From IMG/VR virus record IMGVR_UViG_3300048762_000474, positions 1 through 32,702 of that record: a stretch of DNA of 32,702 nt; one strand, written 5' to 3'. The DNA is from a virus. Its lineage: Duplodnaviria; Caudoviricetes. Below the pieces are notes generated by a model. It was not told where the DNA came from. It saw nothing but the letters and a program-made list of their open reading frames with translations, and made no database searches. Position numbers and translations under genes: made by a program. This document shows positions 7,384-16,785 of the stretch, one piece after another; position 1 is the stretch's first letter, and each line of letters starts with the position of its first letter.

Positions 7384-8828
7384 CGTGGCACCACCGAAAT
7401 AAACGGCTCCGGAGACATCTCACAAGTCGCATACACCGCTAAAGCAGACGCCCAAAAGACGTCGTCGTGTGTACTCTGGGGATGACTAAACGCTAAGCCC
7501 CCATCCATACGCAAAGCAAACCTTTCCACGTTGAATTCGTTGCAGACGTCGCCGCGATACGGTTTATCCCACGAAAGCAACGGATAGAAAAACCGTTTAT
7601 CCTGCATACGCTTCTTAAGAACACTCGCCATCTCACTTTTTCTAGGCGAACTAAATATTACGCCCTCCGCGTTATCGATCCCAGCGTTTTCCATATCCGC
7701 AATGAAACTGGGGCCATCCCGGGTAATATCCACACGAATCTTCGTGAAGCCACCCCACCTATCCTGCAGCGCCTTAATGTAACCCAATGCGTAGGCGTCA
7801 TAGGTTGGATGCGGAAAAATCTTCAAATGCCGCAAAAATAACCGCTGATCAACCCGCTCAATCACACTAAGCACATGGTAATCTCGGGTCTGCGCAGGAT
7901 CCAGCCCAGCGTAGAATTCGCCTTCATATTCAGCGTCCGGACTAAACGGCTGCAGATCCACACCACAACTCTTAGCCGTACCGATGCAGCTGGAAATTAA
8001 GCTTTGAGATAACCAAACATCTTCATCCTCAGCCCACTCCGCCTCCATCTCACGGCGCCAACGAGCAGGATCATCCCTGAGCTGCTTACGAATCTTATCC
8101 AAAATCCCCAATTTCAACGGGCCATTAGGCTCCTGAGCCCGCTCCCACGTCACATGATGACGGGCAAAATCCTCAAAATCCTTGTTATTACAAATCCGGT
8201 AAAACAAGCTATCCGTATTCCAGGGCGTACTTGTGCAAATAAACTTCCCATTAGTAGTACCCAACGTGAAGAGCGCCGCATCATAGAGATCCTCTGCGTT
8301 AGGTATGAAATTGAATTCATCCGCATAAACACAGTTAAGCGTAGGTCCTCGAATCGTATCGGGATTGTTTGGGAAAGCCTCAATCACAGATCCATTCGGG
8401 CAAGTAATCCGGGTTTTCTGAACAATAATCTTTGAGCCAGGAGGCAGCCGACGCGCAAAATCCCCAATCCTTCGAATAACCAACTTCGTTTGACGCCACG
8501 AAGGCCCAACCACACCAATATAAAACCCCGCATTAGCCAGGGCATAATTCAAAAGCAAACCAGACGTCGTAAAAGATTTACCAGACTGCCGACTCCAACG
8601 AGCAGCCACAAACTGATTCTTATAAAATAACTCAATCAGCTCTTTTTGGTAATCAGTCGGCTCAACGCCGAGCACCTGACGAAAAAACTCCAGCGGATCA
8701 GTCTTCAAAGTCTCAACTTTACCCAACCGCTCAGACTCAATAGCGAAAGCCTGCTCACGAAGCTGAGCCCATTTAGCAGATAACCTATTTGGGCTGAATG
8801 CCCGAGGACTTTTTCGAAAACTCCGCAT
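7380..8828 (-). CDS. terL: Terminase large subunit
   Basis: PTDYQ Q-motif, Walker A SRQSGKS, Walker B VYADEF, STP coupling motif, RNase H-like GLD and HDD. Confidence 0.95.
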   Translation of the reverse strand: MRSFRKSPRAFSPNRLSAKWAQLREQAFAIESERLGKVETLKTDPLEFFRQVLGVEPTDYQKELIELFYKNQFVAARWSRQSGKSFTTSGLLLNYALANAGFYIGVVGPSWRQTKLVIRRIGDFARRLPPGSKIIVQKTRITCPNGSVIEAFPNNPDTIRGPTLNCVYADEFNFIPNAEDLYDAALFTLGTTNGKFICTSTPWNTDSLFYRICNNKDFEDFARHHVTWERAQEPNGPLKLGILDKIRKQLRDDPARWRREMEAEWAEDEDVWLSQSLISSCIGTAKSCGVDLQPFSPDAEYEGEFYAGLDPAQTRDYHVLSVIERVDQRLFLRHLKIFPHPTYDAYALGYIKALQDRWGGFTKIRVDITRDGPSFIADMENAGIDNAEGVIFSSPRKSEMASVLKKRMQDKRFFYPLLSWDKPYRGDVCNEFNVERFALRMDGGLAFSHPQSTHDDVFWASALAVYATCEMSPEPFISVVPR

Positions 8829-9252
8829 ACTTCTGTGTTAACTCCTCCAATTCAGCTTCAAGCCCCCGATAATTCATGTAATCCGACAAGAGCTCCTTGT
8901 AGACCTTAGCACCCGCAATAATGCACCGCAAACGCAAAACATCGTTCTTCTCAAGCCCCACTGTCTCAAGAGACTTCAAAGCAGCAGCCAACGTCTTAAG
9001 CGTCGCCTCAACACTTGGCAACTCCTTAGGCAACTCAAACGTGCAAGTAACAGAAGAAGAAGAAGAGTGTATTTTTTTCGCATCTTCTTCTTCTTTCAAT
9101 ACCCCTAGATCAAGCAGTTTCTGGTAAATAGCGTTCTCACTATATTTGCCATCAAAACTGAAAGCAAGAACCCTGAAATTAACGGTCCCTGACTTATACC
9201 AGTCGACTAACTTCTTTTCATCCTCAAGATCCCAGGGCTTACCCTTTACCAA
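8785..9252 (-). CDS. Putative terminase small subunit (N-terminal HTH, C-terminal helices)
   Basis: Immediately upstream of and overlapping terL; KPWDLEDEKKL...YSENAIYQKL HTH-like segment. Confidence 0.65.
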   Translation of the reverse strand: MVKGKPWDLEDEKKLVDWYKSGTVNFRVLAFSFDGKYSENAIYQKLLDLGVLKEEEDAKKIHSSSSSVTCTFELPKELPSVEATLKTLAAALKSLETVGLEKNDVLRLRCIIAGAKVYKELLSDYMNYRGLEAELEELTQKYAEFSKKSSGIQPK

Positions 9253-9605
9253 TCCAGGGCCTCCAAATCAACACTAAAAAACACTATAGGTTTCCCATGA
9301 TGCAAAGGACCCATACGCTGCTCTTTACAAACCACTATAGGTTTCCCATGATGCAAAGGACCCATACGCTGCTCTTTACAAACCACTATAGGTTTCCCAT
9401 GATGCAAAGGACCCATACGCTGCTCTTTACGAACCAGCTTCAAAGTAACTAACTGATTCAAATACGAACTCTCAAGCGCACGCGCTTTCCCTGTAACAAC
9501 AGAAACAGCCGTAGCAGAACTAGGCCCCAACTTGAGCAAAGCTAAGATCGTAACCTGCAAATGCTTAGGCAACTCCAAAACATGATAAAGACGCTTACTA
9601 GACAC
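9246..9605 (-). CDS. Winged-helix (TrmB/ArsR-like) protein with a triplicated wing
   Basis: ILALLKLGPSSATAVSVVTGKARALESSYLNQLVTLKLVRK wHTH pattern; start uncertain (GTG 9605 or TTG 9614). Confidence 0.75.
   Translation of the reverse strand: MSSKRLYHVLELPKHLQVTILALLKLGPSSATAVSVVTGKARALESSYLNQLVTLKLVRKEQRMGPLHHGKPIVVCKEQRMGPLHHGKPIVVCKEQRMGPLHHGKPIVFFSVDLEALDW
9282..9434. repeat. 3 x 51-bp in-frame tandem repeat (KEQRMGPLHHGKPIVVC)
   Basis: Copies start at 9282, 9333 and 9384; one mismatch near the end of the third. Confidence 0.95.
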
Positions 9606-9615
9606 AACTTCCAAG

Positions 9616-10446
9616 CTACCCAGACCCCACAACGCCGATATCAAAGCTAAAAGCAGTAATCCCCGTAACCGTAGAAGCAACAGTCAAAGTAAAAGTCACA
9701 GCAACCAACACGCCTGGATTGAGAACGCCGCCGCTTGTATAATTCCAGGTACACGCCAAATAAGTTTGCCCACTAGCAGGAACAAAATTCCCAACCGCAA
9801 AACTCACCGTCACCGGAACATTACTAGTATTCTTCAGGTACAAAGTAGCATTCACCCTCTGGCCAGGCTCAAGCATCCCCCAATTAATATTAGATGCCAC
9901 AACCGACCCGGCAGAATCACTGTAAACCGAGATCCCAACCGCCTTAATGTTCCCTGAAGTAGTAACCGACGCATTAAACTGAAGGGCGGCAACAACAAAC
10001 CCACAGGGAACCAAAACCGCCAAAACAACAAGAACAAGCCAAAGCCGCCTAAACTTCCGAGTAACCGGCTGCTTTAACTGACTAACATCAGCGGCGCGGC
10101 GCCCCCAAAACCCAGCAGATCCAGTGCGGCCACGACCCGCCACAACCGATGCTTTACTGGTAAAATACGATAGAGGCCTAGCAACAAAGAAGTTAACCAT
10201 AACTCCAAAACTAAAACTACTAAGCAGCACATACCCTGAACCCGAACCAAACAGCACCAAAGCAGTTGAACCAGGAACATTCAACAAAGGCGAAGCAGCA
10301 ACATCAACCAGCAAAGAAACAAACAAACTCAACAGGCACACCCAGCTAAACCCAGCTTTACCCCGTTGAAAACGAAAATCGTAAGCAGTAAAACACACTG
10401 CACCCAAAACAAACCCAACCCCAACTAAAAACATAAGATCAAACAT
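9616..10446 (-). CDS. Multi-TM membrane protein with a C-terminal Ig-like extracellular domain
   Basis: About 4 hydrophobic segments, then the beta-rich INWGMLEPGQ...LKNTSNVPVTV domain. Confidence 0.75.
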   Translation of the reverse strand: MFDLMFLVGVGFVLGAVCFTAYDFRFQRGKAGFSWVCLLSLFVSLLVDVAASPLLNVPGSTALVLFGSGSGYVLLSSFSFGVMVNFFVARPLSYFTSKASVVAGRGRTGSAGFWGRRAADVSQLKQPVTRKFRRLWLVLVVLAVLVPCGFVVAALQFNASVTTSGNIKAVGISVYSDSAGSVVASNINWGMLEPGQRVNATLYLKNTSNVPVTVSFAVGNFVPASGQTYLACTWNYTSGGVLNPGVLVAVTFTLTVASTVTGITAFSFDIGVVGSG

Positions 10447-10765
10447 TTTTTCGCCCCTGCTTACCCATCACAAAAACCGTCACTAAGCCAGTGACTATGC
10501 CCGAAATCCCCGAAAACACGTCACTATTGAAAACTCCAGTAACTATGACACACACACCTTCAAGCGCAATCAGCCCGATCAAAGCGATAATTACCGCTAT
10601 AATTCCCCAGACAAACCGCTCAGACGGCGCCACGCTGCGAGAACGACGATGAGACTGCCCATCCCTAGTAGACTGAGCACTAGCATGAGACATCTCAAGC
10701 GGTATACACTCACGCGTAAACCAATCCCGAATAAAACCCCGAAGCCATCTAACGACGCCGAGCAT
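10439..10765 (-). CDS. Small 2-TM membrane protein (holin-like size)
   Basis: Two C-terminal hydrophobic helices and a basic tail. Confidence 0.65.
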   Translation of the reverse strand: MLGVVRWLRGFIRDWFTRECIPLEMSHASAQSTRDGQSHRRSRSVAPSERFVWGIIAVIIALIGLIALEGVCVIVTGVFNSDVFSGISGIVTGLVTVFVMGKQGRKNV

Positions 10766-11171
10766 GATTAATACTCAGCCTCCGCTGAAAAAGCACCCTT
10801 GGACGGTTAGAGCGGTTAAACACTTTTTTCTGCTCATCCCCGCAACGAATAAAACTGGAAACTAAACTACGAGCCGCATCCTCAGTAATGTAACGCTGAG
10901 CAATAATCTGCACATCCTCAATCCAACCCATAGGAACAGCAGTATAATCCAAGTCACAGAGGCCATCAGCGTATTCGAAGCTGTTCTGAGCCAAAATAAT
11001 ATGCTTACGCTTCCCAAAAACCCCAACAAAAATCCCCCAGCTGCTAACAGGAACATCAATCACGCCGCCATTAGTGCTGGTTTTACCAATCGACGCGTCT
11101 GTCCAGGCGCAGCAAACAAGATCCCCCGCCCTACACAACCCCAACTGACTTTCCAAAACCTTCCCACTCAC
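10749..11171 (-). CDS. Hypothetical protein (probable GTG start at 11171)
   Basis: Small beta-barrel-like pattern (LVCCAWTDAS...SWGIFVG...IILAQ...AVPMGWIEDV). Confidence 0.7.
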   Translation of the reverse strand: MSGKVLESQLGLCRAGDLVCCAWTDASIGKTSTNGGVIDVPVSSWGIFVGVFGKRKHIILAQNSFEYADGLCDLDYTAVPMGWIEDVQIIAQRYITEDAARSLVSSFIRCGDEQKKVFNRSNRPRVLFQRRLSINHARRR

Positions 11172-11187
11172 ATACGTCAACTCGAAA

Positions 11188-11331
11188 CTACGCGGCCTTC
11201 TCAAGAATTCGAAGGCGATGCTCAATTGCAACCGTTAAATCCTCAAAGAAAATACCTTGAAACTCAACAGGCAACTTCGCAACCCGCCCCGAAAACTTTG
11301 CTAAAACACCCTCAAACCCAACAACAACCAC
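11188..11331 (-). CDS. Small helical protein (47 aa; not in ORF track)
   Basis: GGGAG RBS, GTG start; ...KLPVEFQGIFFEDLTVAIEHRLRILEKAA. Confidence 0.55.
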   Translation of the reverse strand: MVVVGFEGVLAKFSGRVAKLPVEFQGIFFEDLTVAIEHRLRILEKAA

Positions 11332-11399
11332 TAACCACACAACTCCCAATCGAACCCCATATGAACCCCAACGCTAAAGAGCACTTTTACCCAAAAACC

Positions 11400-11495
11400 A
11401 CACTGAAAAACAAACACCTCAAAAACAGCAACAAGAAACAAACACACAGAAAATCACATAGAAAAAACAGTTGTGGCACCACAAAAAAAGTGCCC
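11400..11495 (-). terminator. Probable terminator of the tail operon
   Basis: GGCAC-TTTTTTTGTG-GTGCC short stem followed by several oligo-T tracts on the minus strand, just after the stop at 11504. Confidence 0.5.
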
Positions 11496-11503
11496 ATTCA
11501 AAC

Positions 11504-12316
11504 TTAAACAGTCGTGCGAATATCATAACTTACGATTGCAACTGCACCATTGTTAACGGCTTGAGAAACAGCATCATGAGCAATCAAATAGAATTTTTGA
11601 GGACCTGCACTATTGACAAATGTAACTGCCATCCCCACCTCAGTTATAGTCACAGTTCCACCACTGCCATTCACTAAAACCCTTGCAATGATAGTGTCAA
11701 CATTAGCTCCAACAATGCCTGCTGAACCCACAGCAGTCGCTTGATACTGAAGATTGCCGCTTGCGATTCCATGAGCAATCAAAGTTTGCATCACATAGTC
11801 AGTTGATGCAGGAGCAGTTGTGCCAGTACCCACTAAAATACCATAAGTCGTAATTGCAGGAGGCGCATTCAAAGCAGGCAAAAACAGAAAATAATTTCCG
11901 TTAGAGAGATTTCCTTGTTGCTGTAAAGTATTTGTTGTATCTCGCACCGCAGGGGTTGTAAACATGGGGTTTGTTGATAGAGTCGAATAAACGTGAGATG
12001 CTACATACTCTATAAAAAGTTGTGAAAACTGTAAGGTGAAACTGTGACTTTTCATTTCTCCTGTGGTCTTCGATAGTTTGCCGTGACTTTTGATGTATTC
12101 CTGTTGTTGTTTTGGGTTATCCATAGTTTGCAGGTGCGCTCTTTGCTCTGGGGTGAAGCCTCCATAGATGTCTATGCGATGCAACAACTGAATTGGGCTT
12201 ACTCGTTGAGTCGTGTGATCTTTTAGTTTCTGCCTCAGAGTCCAAAAATTGAGTCCGCGCAAAATCGCGGTGAATTCGTTGGGTTTCAATATTTTTATGG
12301 GATTCATTTTAGTCAC
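11504..12316 (-). CDS. Tail fibre/baseplate-associated structural protein
   Basis: ILVGTGTTAPASTD...ITEVG pattern typical of tail-fibre/collar proteins; last gene of the tail block. Confidence 0.7.
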   Translation of the reverse strand: MTKMNPIKILKPNEFTAILRGLNFWTLRQKLKDHTTQRVSPIQLLHRIDIYGGFTPEQRAHLQTMDNPKQQQEYIKSHGKLSKTTGEMKSHSFTLQFSQLFIEYVASHVYSTLSTNPMFTTPAVRDTTNTLQQQGNLSNGNYFLFLPALNAPPAITTYGILVGTGTTAPASTDYVMQTLIAHGIASGNLQYQATAVGSAGIVGANVDTIIARVLVNGSGGTVTITEVGMAVTFVNSAGPQKFYLIAHDAVSQAVNNGAVAIVSYDIRTTV

Positions 12317-12350
12317 TTATCCTTTATTTTTTTTGTTCATTCATTTACCA

Positions 12351-14834
12351 TTAAGTTGTGCAGGTTAAGGTGTGATAGGTCCCGTTCGTCTGAGTTGGAA
12401 CCGTATATGTTGTTCCGGTGAAAACAAGCGTACCATCTAAGTACCATTTAGTATTTGTTCCTGAGCGCGTAGCAAAATAGGTACCGCCTGATGCCACAAG
12501 AAAGTTTCCAACACTCGTTGTTCCAGCAGTAGTTATGCGCCAGCCAATCACAGGTATCGCAACTATTTGATGTAAAGTATTGTTTGTTTGCGATGGAATA
12601 GTGTAGCTCGCAGATAAACCGTTACTCGCCACTGTTCCAACATTGGTGGTTCCATCAAGTTTAAACGGGTTAGTCAATGGAAACACATAGCCAAGTGTGG
12701 CACCCAAACTACTGATTGATGCAGACACCGCCAAAGCGCCACCTGAAGCAACCACTTGCAAACCAACAGGAGACATAGCCACATGTATCTCGTATGCGCA
12801 GTCAACCCACCACTTTGCCACATCAACAGAAACAGAAACAATCGTACTCATCGACGCTATAACAGGAGAAAGAATCTGAGTATTCACAATCGCTCCAATC
12901 GCTGAAAGAACAGGCGAAAGAACCTGAGTATTCACAATAGATCCAATACTCGAGAGAATTGGTGCTCCAACACCTATTTGCCCCACAAAAATCGCAACTA
13001 AATCATGAAACCCACCCGTAACTTGAGCAGGAACCGTCACAGGATTCGCCGTCGAGTAGTTAGCGCCATCAAACTGCCAAACACTAAAAATACAGCCACC
13101 CAAAGGATTAGCCGTCACAGTCAAAGATGCGCCAGCCGCCACAGTTTGAGAACCACTAGGCGTAGTAGACCCCCGATTCGGATCATTAACATCAATCGCG
13201 CAGCCCCACCCAGCTAAACCACCTGCCCCACCTTTCTTTACGACCCGGTTAAGGGGAAAAAAGTATAACTCTAACACCTCCTGGTCGACTAAACACCGCT
13301 GCCAAAACATAGATTCAGCAACAACACCCTTCAAAAACATACCAATATAGACTGTGTTAGCTGAACTATGCGGTGCACCTGTTTGACTAAAGGTTTTGTG
13401 CAAGACACCGTTAACGTACATTTTCAGGTGAACGCCATCGTAAGTAACCATGAAGAAAAGCCGCGCCCCAACAACTGCGATTCCAGCGTCAGAGTTGAAG
13501 GTGTGACCCACATTTGAGGCATCAGTAAAAGAGAAGGTTACAACTCCAGTATTCACATAATAAAATAAGGCAAATTGCCCATCTTTATGCGCAACAAACC
13601 GCATTGTGCTATCGTTTGCTGACGGACTAAACCACGCGCCCACACTGAACTTGGTTGAAGCATGAAAATCAATCGAGGCACCACAATCAACCCACCCCGT
13701 TCCATCAAGCGTAAGCATCATAGTCACAGGACCCTGCTGCCAAATTCTGCCTACGATTGTTCCATCAACAGGCGTATCACGAGGACTCCCATCCTTAGCA
13801 ACGGTTCCTGACCCCTCATTTAGATGGTATAAGCCAACAAGCCCCTGCAGATTAAGGCTCCAACTTGTTGCACCCGGCAAATAAATACCCTGAGCCTCCC
13901 AGCTGCGCAGATCCGCAATTGTTCGATCAACACTTTTCCTGAACTTATCCAGCTGCAACTTCACCTGAGTCCGCGTTTTGTTAAGTTGCATTATGCGGTA
14001 GGTGCCATCCAGGCAGTACTGCGCATTAACAATCGAAACCGAATCCCCAGTCGCATAGGCCTTCCCAACAGTAATTAAAACGGAGATAGGCATGCCTGAA
14101 CTATCAGTGTTAACTTCAGCAAGCTTCGAAGCCGCTATACCGTTTAGGGTTGCTTGGTCAGTCGCCGTATTTTGGCTAAAAGTCGTAACTTTCACTCCGG
14201 ACCCAGCCACCCCCAAAATATGATTACCCCAACAATCAATCCCACGCACAATCACTTTGGTTCTCTGCTTAGAACGATCCAAGCCCCGACTGCTCACGGA
14301 GATGGAACTTGGCGTCCAAACAACACCCGACCCTTTCACAGCAAGATTAACGGTTGTCCCATCCGTCGAAAACAAATCAAGATTTAAGGCATCCGCCAAA
14401 AACTTGAAACAATCCAAACGATTCGCGTTATAAAAAACCACACTAACAGGCGTCGAAGGACAAGGGCCAACTGAAATCCCGGTTCCAGCTACAATGTCAG
14501 CCGCTATCGTTGAAGCAGGTTTTTGGTCGTACACGCCACTTATGGGCTCCGCTTCATCGAGCGTCAACATCACAGTATCGTAAATCACCGCTTTAATTCT
14601 TGTAGAACTAATGTCGCCCCCAGAGAGGGTGCCGCTGAAGACAAGTGCATCATCAAACCAAACAGCAACCAAGAGATCCTGCTGAATCAAAGCACGATTC
14701 ACAGCAGAATTCGCAATGTAAAATGTGGCGTAACAGTCGCCGTCAAGCTCCTCGTTTGTTTGGTCCCATACTGCTTGAAACGGAATAAAAGCAGACGACC
14801 CCACATCCCAATACTCAATAACCCAAAGACCCAA
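12351..14834 (-). CDS. Tail tip hub/adhesin with LamG-like domain and C-terminal beta-sandwich repeats
   Basis: N-terminal hub-like region; LVGLYHLNEGSG...TYDG...YVNG LamG motifs; LTVTANP...FSVWQFDG B-repeat-like domain. Confidence 0.85.
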   Translation of the reverse strand: MGLWVIEYWDVGSSAFIPFQAVWDQTNEELDGDCYATFYIANSAVNRALIQQDLLVAVWFDDALVFSGTLSGGDISSTRIKAVIYDTVMLTLDEAEPISGVYDQKPASTIAADIVAGTGISVGPCPSTPVSVVFYNANRLDCFKFLADALNLDLFSTDGTTVNLAVKGSGVVWTPSSISVSSRGLDRSKQRTKVIVRGIDCWGNHILGVAGSGVKVTTFSQNTATDQATLNGIAASKLAEVNTDSSGMPISVLITVGKAYATGDSVSIVNAQYCLDGTYRIMQLNKTRTQVKLQLDKFRKSVDRTIADLRSWEAQGIYLPGATSWSLNLQGLVGLYHLNEGSGTVAKDGSPRDTPVDGTIVGRIWQQGPVTMMLTLDGTGWVDCGASIDFHASTKFSVGAWFSPSANDSTMRFVAHKDGQFALFYYVNTGVVTFSFTDASNVGHTFNSDAGIAVVGARLFFMVTYDGVHLKMYVNGVLHKTFSQTGAPHSSANTVYIGMFLKGVVAESMFWQRCLVDQEVLELYFFPLNRVVKKGGAGGLAGWGCAIDVNDPNRGSTTPSGSQTVAAGASLTVTANPLGGCIFSVWQFDGANYSTANPVTVPAQVTGGFHDLVAIFVGQIGVGAPILSSIGSIVNTQVLSPVLSAIGAIVNTQILSPVIASMSTIVSVSVDVAKWWVDCAYEIHVAMSPVGLQVVASGGALAVSASISSLGATLGYVFPLTNPFKLDGTTNVGTVASNGLSASYTIPSQTNNTLHQIVAIPVIGWRITTAGTTSVGNFLVASGGTYFATRSGTNTKWYLDGTLVFTGTTYTVPTQTNGTYHTLTCTT
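12861..12956. repeat. 48-bp (16-aa) in-frame repeat within the adhesin
   Basis: PILSSIGSIVNTQVLS / PVLSAIGAIVNTQILS / PVIASMSTIV. Confidence 0.8.
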
Positions 14835-14846
14835 AGGCGTCAGCTC

Positions 14847-15221
14847 CTAAAGCACCACGAGGGCACTAAATTTGCTCAGCACCATCGTATAATCATAAAT
14901 CAAAGCCGCCCCCGCTCGCGTCGGATCAAACTTCTCCAAAAGCCAAATCCCATCAATACTCCCGTTTGAAGAAACCACCGTTATCGAAGACCCAATTAAC
15001 GCACGCATAGGCGCCAAATACGTACTCCACAACTGCGAATCAGTTTTTGAATCATCCGCGATTGATCCCGACAACTGAACACTATTCGCAGATGTCCCAT
15101 CCACTACTGAAACAGGGTCGGTTCCAGACTGCGGAATCACATCTTTGTTAATTGTTGTAACCCAAGCAATTTGCTTAGGCCCAAAAGGAAAAGTTACAGA
15201 TCCAAAACTCCAAGCAGTCAC
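14847..15221 (-). CDS. Distal tail (Dit-like) protein
   Basis: Beta-rich 124 aa between TMP and hub; VQLSGSI strand. Confidence 0.6.
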   Translation of the reverse strand: MTAWSFGSVTFPFGPKQIAWVTTINKDVIPQSGTDPVSVVDGTSANSVQLSGSIADDSKTDSQLWSTYLAPMRALIGSSITVVSSNGSIDGIWLLEKFDPTRAGAALIYDYTMVLSKFSALVVL

Positions 15222-16621
15222 TAACTAACCCTCCGACGCGCCAAAGCCTCATTCAACGACTCAATCGTATGTTGACTCGCCACATCATAATCAGCCTCAG
15301 TCTGAATATAATTCGTAACATAAACGTTAATGACGTCAGGCTGCCCAGACGCAGCACCCGGCGAGTTGCCTCCACCAGAAACAGGCGACATATCCAACGG
15401 AGAAACACCCTGCAACCCAAAGATACTGCTGTTACTGCCGCTCAAAGGAATCACTGCCTCCGGACCCGCCTCCCCAATCAAAGCAAAAGTCGGCTGCGTA
15501 ACAATGCCGCCTTCAGCTAACCCAATAGTTTTTAATGCACCGCCAACTACGCCGCCGATGGAACTGCCAACGTTAACCACAGTATTTATGCCATCAATCA
15601 ACGGCTTCAAAACAGCCATAACTATGTTAATTGCACTTTGAAAAGTACCTGTCAAAAAGTTACTGACGGGCACCAACACATTATTCCAAAGGTATTCCAA
15701 CGCATCTTTCACATCGTTAAAAGCTGTTGCTAAGTCTCCACCAAGAACCTTACCAATCTCGTTAATTGCATCACGAAACGGCGGACAAACATTATACGCA
15801 TAAATCAAAGCGGCCGTTATCGCAGCAATCGCAAGTACCACAAGCATAATCGGATTCGCATCCATAACAGCATCCAAAGCAGCAGTCGCCGCAGTCGCCG
15901 CCTCAGTCGCCAAAACCTGCGCCCACTGAGCCGCAGATTCAGCGCCAGACGCAACAGTAGACGCAATCTTCGCAAGCGTCCCAGCTTCCTGCATAGACGT
16001 AAGAACACCGATGATAGCAACCACCGAGGGAATCACCGTTAACGCACTCATAATCCAGGCGCTTTGGTTGCTGCGTTCAGCAACGCCAACACGTTCCTGA
16101 GCCACCGACAAAGAATCCTGCGCAGTCTGCAACTTAGCGAGGGCATCAGCAGTTTTCTGAGGATCCCCACTAGCCAACGCCGAATTATACGCTTCCTGCG
16201 CCGACTGCACAGAATTCGTGCTTTTCTGCACATTCAAATTAGCCCGATCCAAAGCAACCTGACTATTCTCCACACGGTCAACAGCCATATACAAAGTCGC
16301 ACCCGACAAAGCCGCACTATTCATCGCCACAACAGAATTCTGCAACCCCATACTCGAGCCCTGCGAAGCTGTACCTACACCTTCAAGCGCAGTTACTTCA
16401 CCCTCAGCATCCACCGTCGTAGACACCATCGCCGCACCTGCAGTTTCCTCCGCCTGCCCAGACTCAACTAACGTCTCATCAGCCGCATCAACAGCTGAAC
16501 CAAGACCACTATTAGCATCTGCAACAGCATCCGTACTCTCAGTAATTTGGCGCCCAGCATCCGCTATAACACTGCTTGCCTCATCCGTCGCATGCAAAGT
16601 AATTTCGATTTCTGTACTCAA
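15221..16621 (-). CDS. Tape measure protein (466 aa)
   Basis: IEITLHATDEAS start, Ala-rich helices, ANPIMLVVLAIAA, FRD motif, C-terminal LAEGGIV...IGEAGPEAVIPL. Confidence 0.92.
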   Translation of the reverse strand: MSTEIEITLHATDEASSVIADAGRQITESTDAVADANSGLGSAVDAADETLVESGQAEETAGAAMVSTTVDAEGEVTALEGVGTASQGSSMGLQNSVVAMNSAALSGATLYMAVDRVENSQVALDRANLNVQKSTNSVQSAQEAYNSALASGDPQKTADALAKLQTAQDSLSVAQERVGVAERSNQSAWIMSALTVIPSVVAIIGVLTSMQEAGTLAKIASTVASGAESAAQWAQVLATEAATAATAALDAVMDANPIMLVVLAIAAITAALIYAYNVCPPFRDAINEIGKVLGGDLATAFNDVKDALEYLWNNVLVPVSNFLTGTFQSAINIVMAVLKPLIDGINTVVNVGSSIGGVVGGALKTIGLAEGGIVTQPTFALIGEAGPEAVIPLSGSNSSIFGLQGVSPLDMSPVSGGGNSPGAASGQPDVINVYVTNYIQTEADYDVASQHTIESLNEALARRRVS

Positions 16622-16785
16622 TGCACTTTACTTCTCCACTGCAACCAACTCACCAAATAAGAAATTTGGGTACCCGTCAAAGACGCAATGTAATCAAGGG
16701 TGTAACCGTATTCATGCGCAATTAACCCTGTAACTTGAGCGGCGGGGCAACTTGCGATCCAATTCGGCGTTGGACACGCAAAAAA
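16618..16785 (-). CDS. gpT-like -1 frameshift extension of the tail assembly chaperone
   Basis: T TTT TTG slippery heptamer at 16785-16779; the -1 frame stays open to a TGA overlapping the TMP start and reads ...IAHEYGYTLDYIASLTGTQISYL... Confidence 0.8.
   Translation of the reverse strand, partial: FFACPTPNWIASCPAAQVTGLIAHEYGYTLDYIASLTGTQISYLVSWLQWRSKVH

Noticed and set aside
9282-9434. CRISPR array or DGR template/variable repeat
   Set aside because: Contiguous in-frame coding repeats with no spacers, no adenine-specific mismatches and no reverse transcriptase in the window.
11504-14834. Invertible tail-fibre shufflon driven by the recombinases
   Set aside because: No flanking inverted repeats or alternative opposite-strand C-termini were found by eye.
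15440-15511. DGR TR/VR pair with 30638-30709
   Set aside because: Differences are mostly synonymous third-position changes of all types, not A-specific; no RT.
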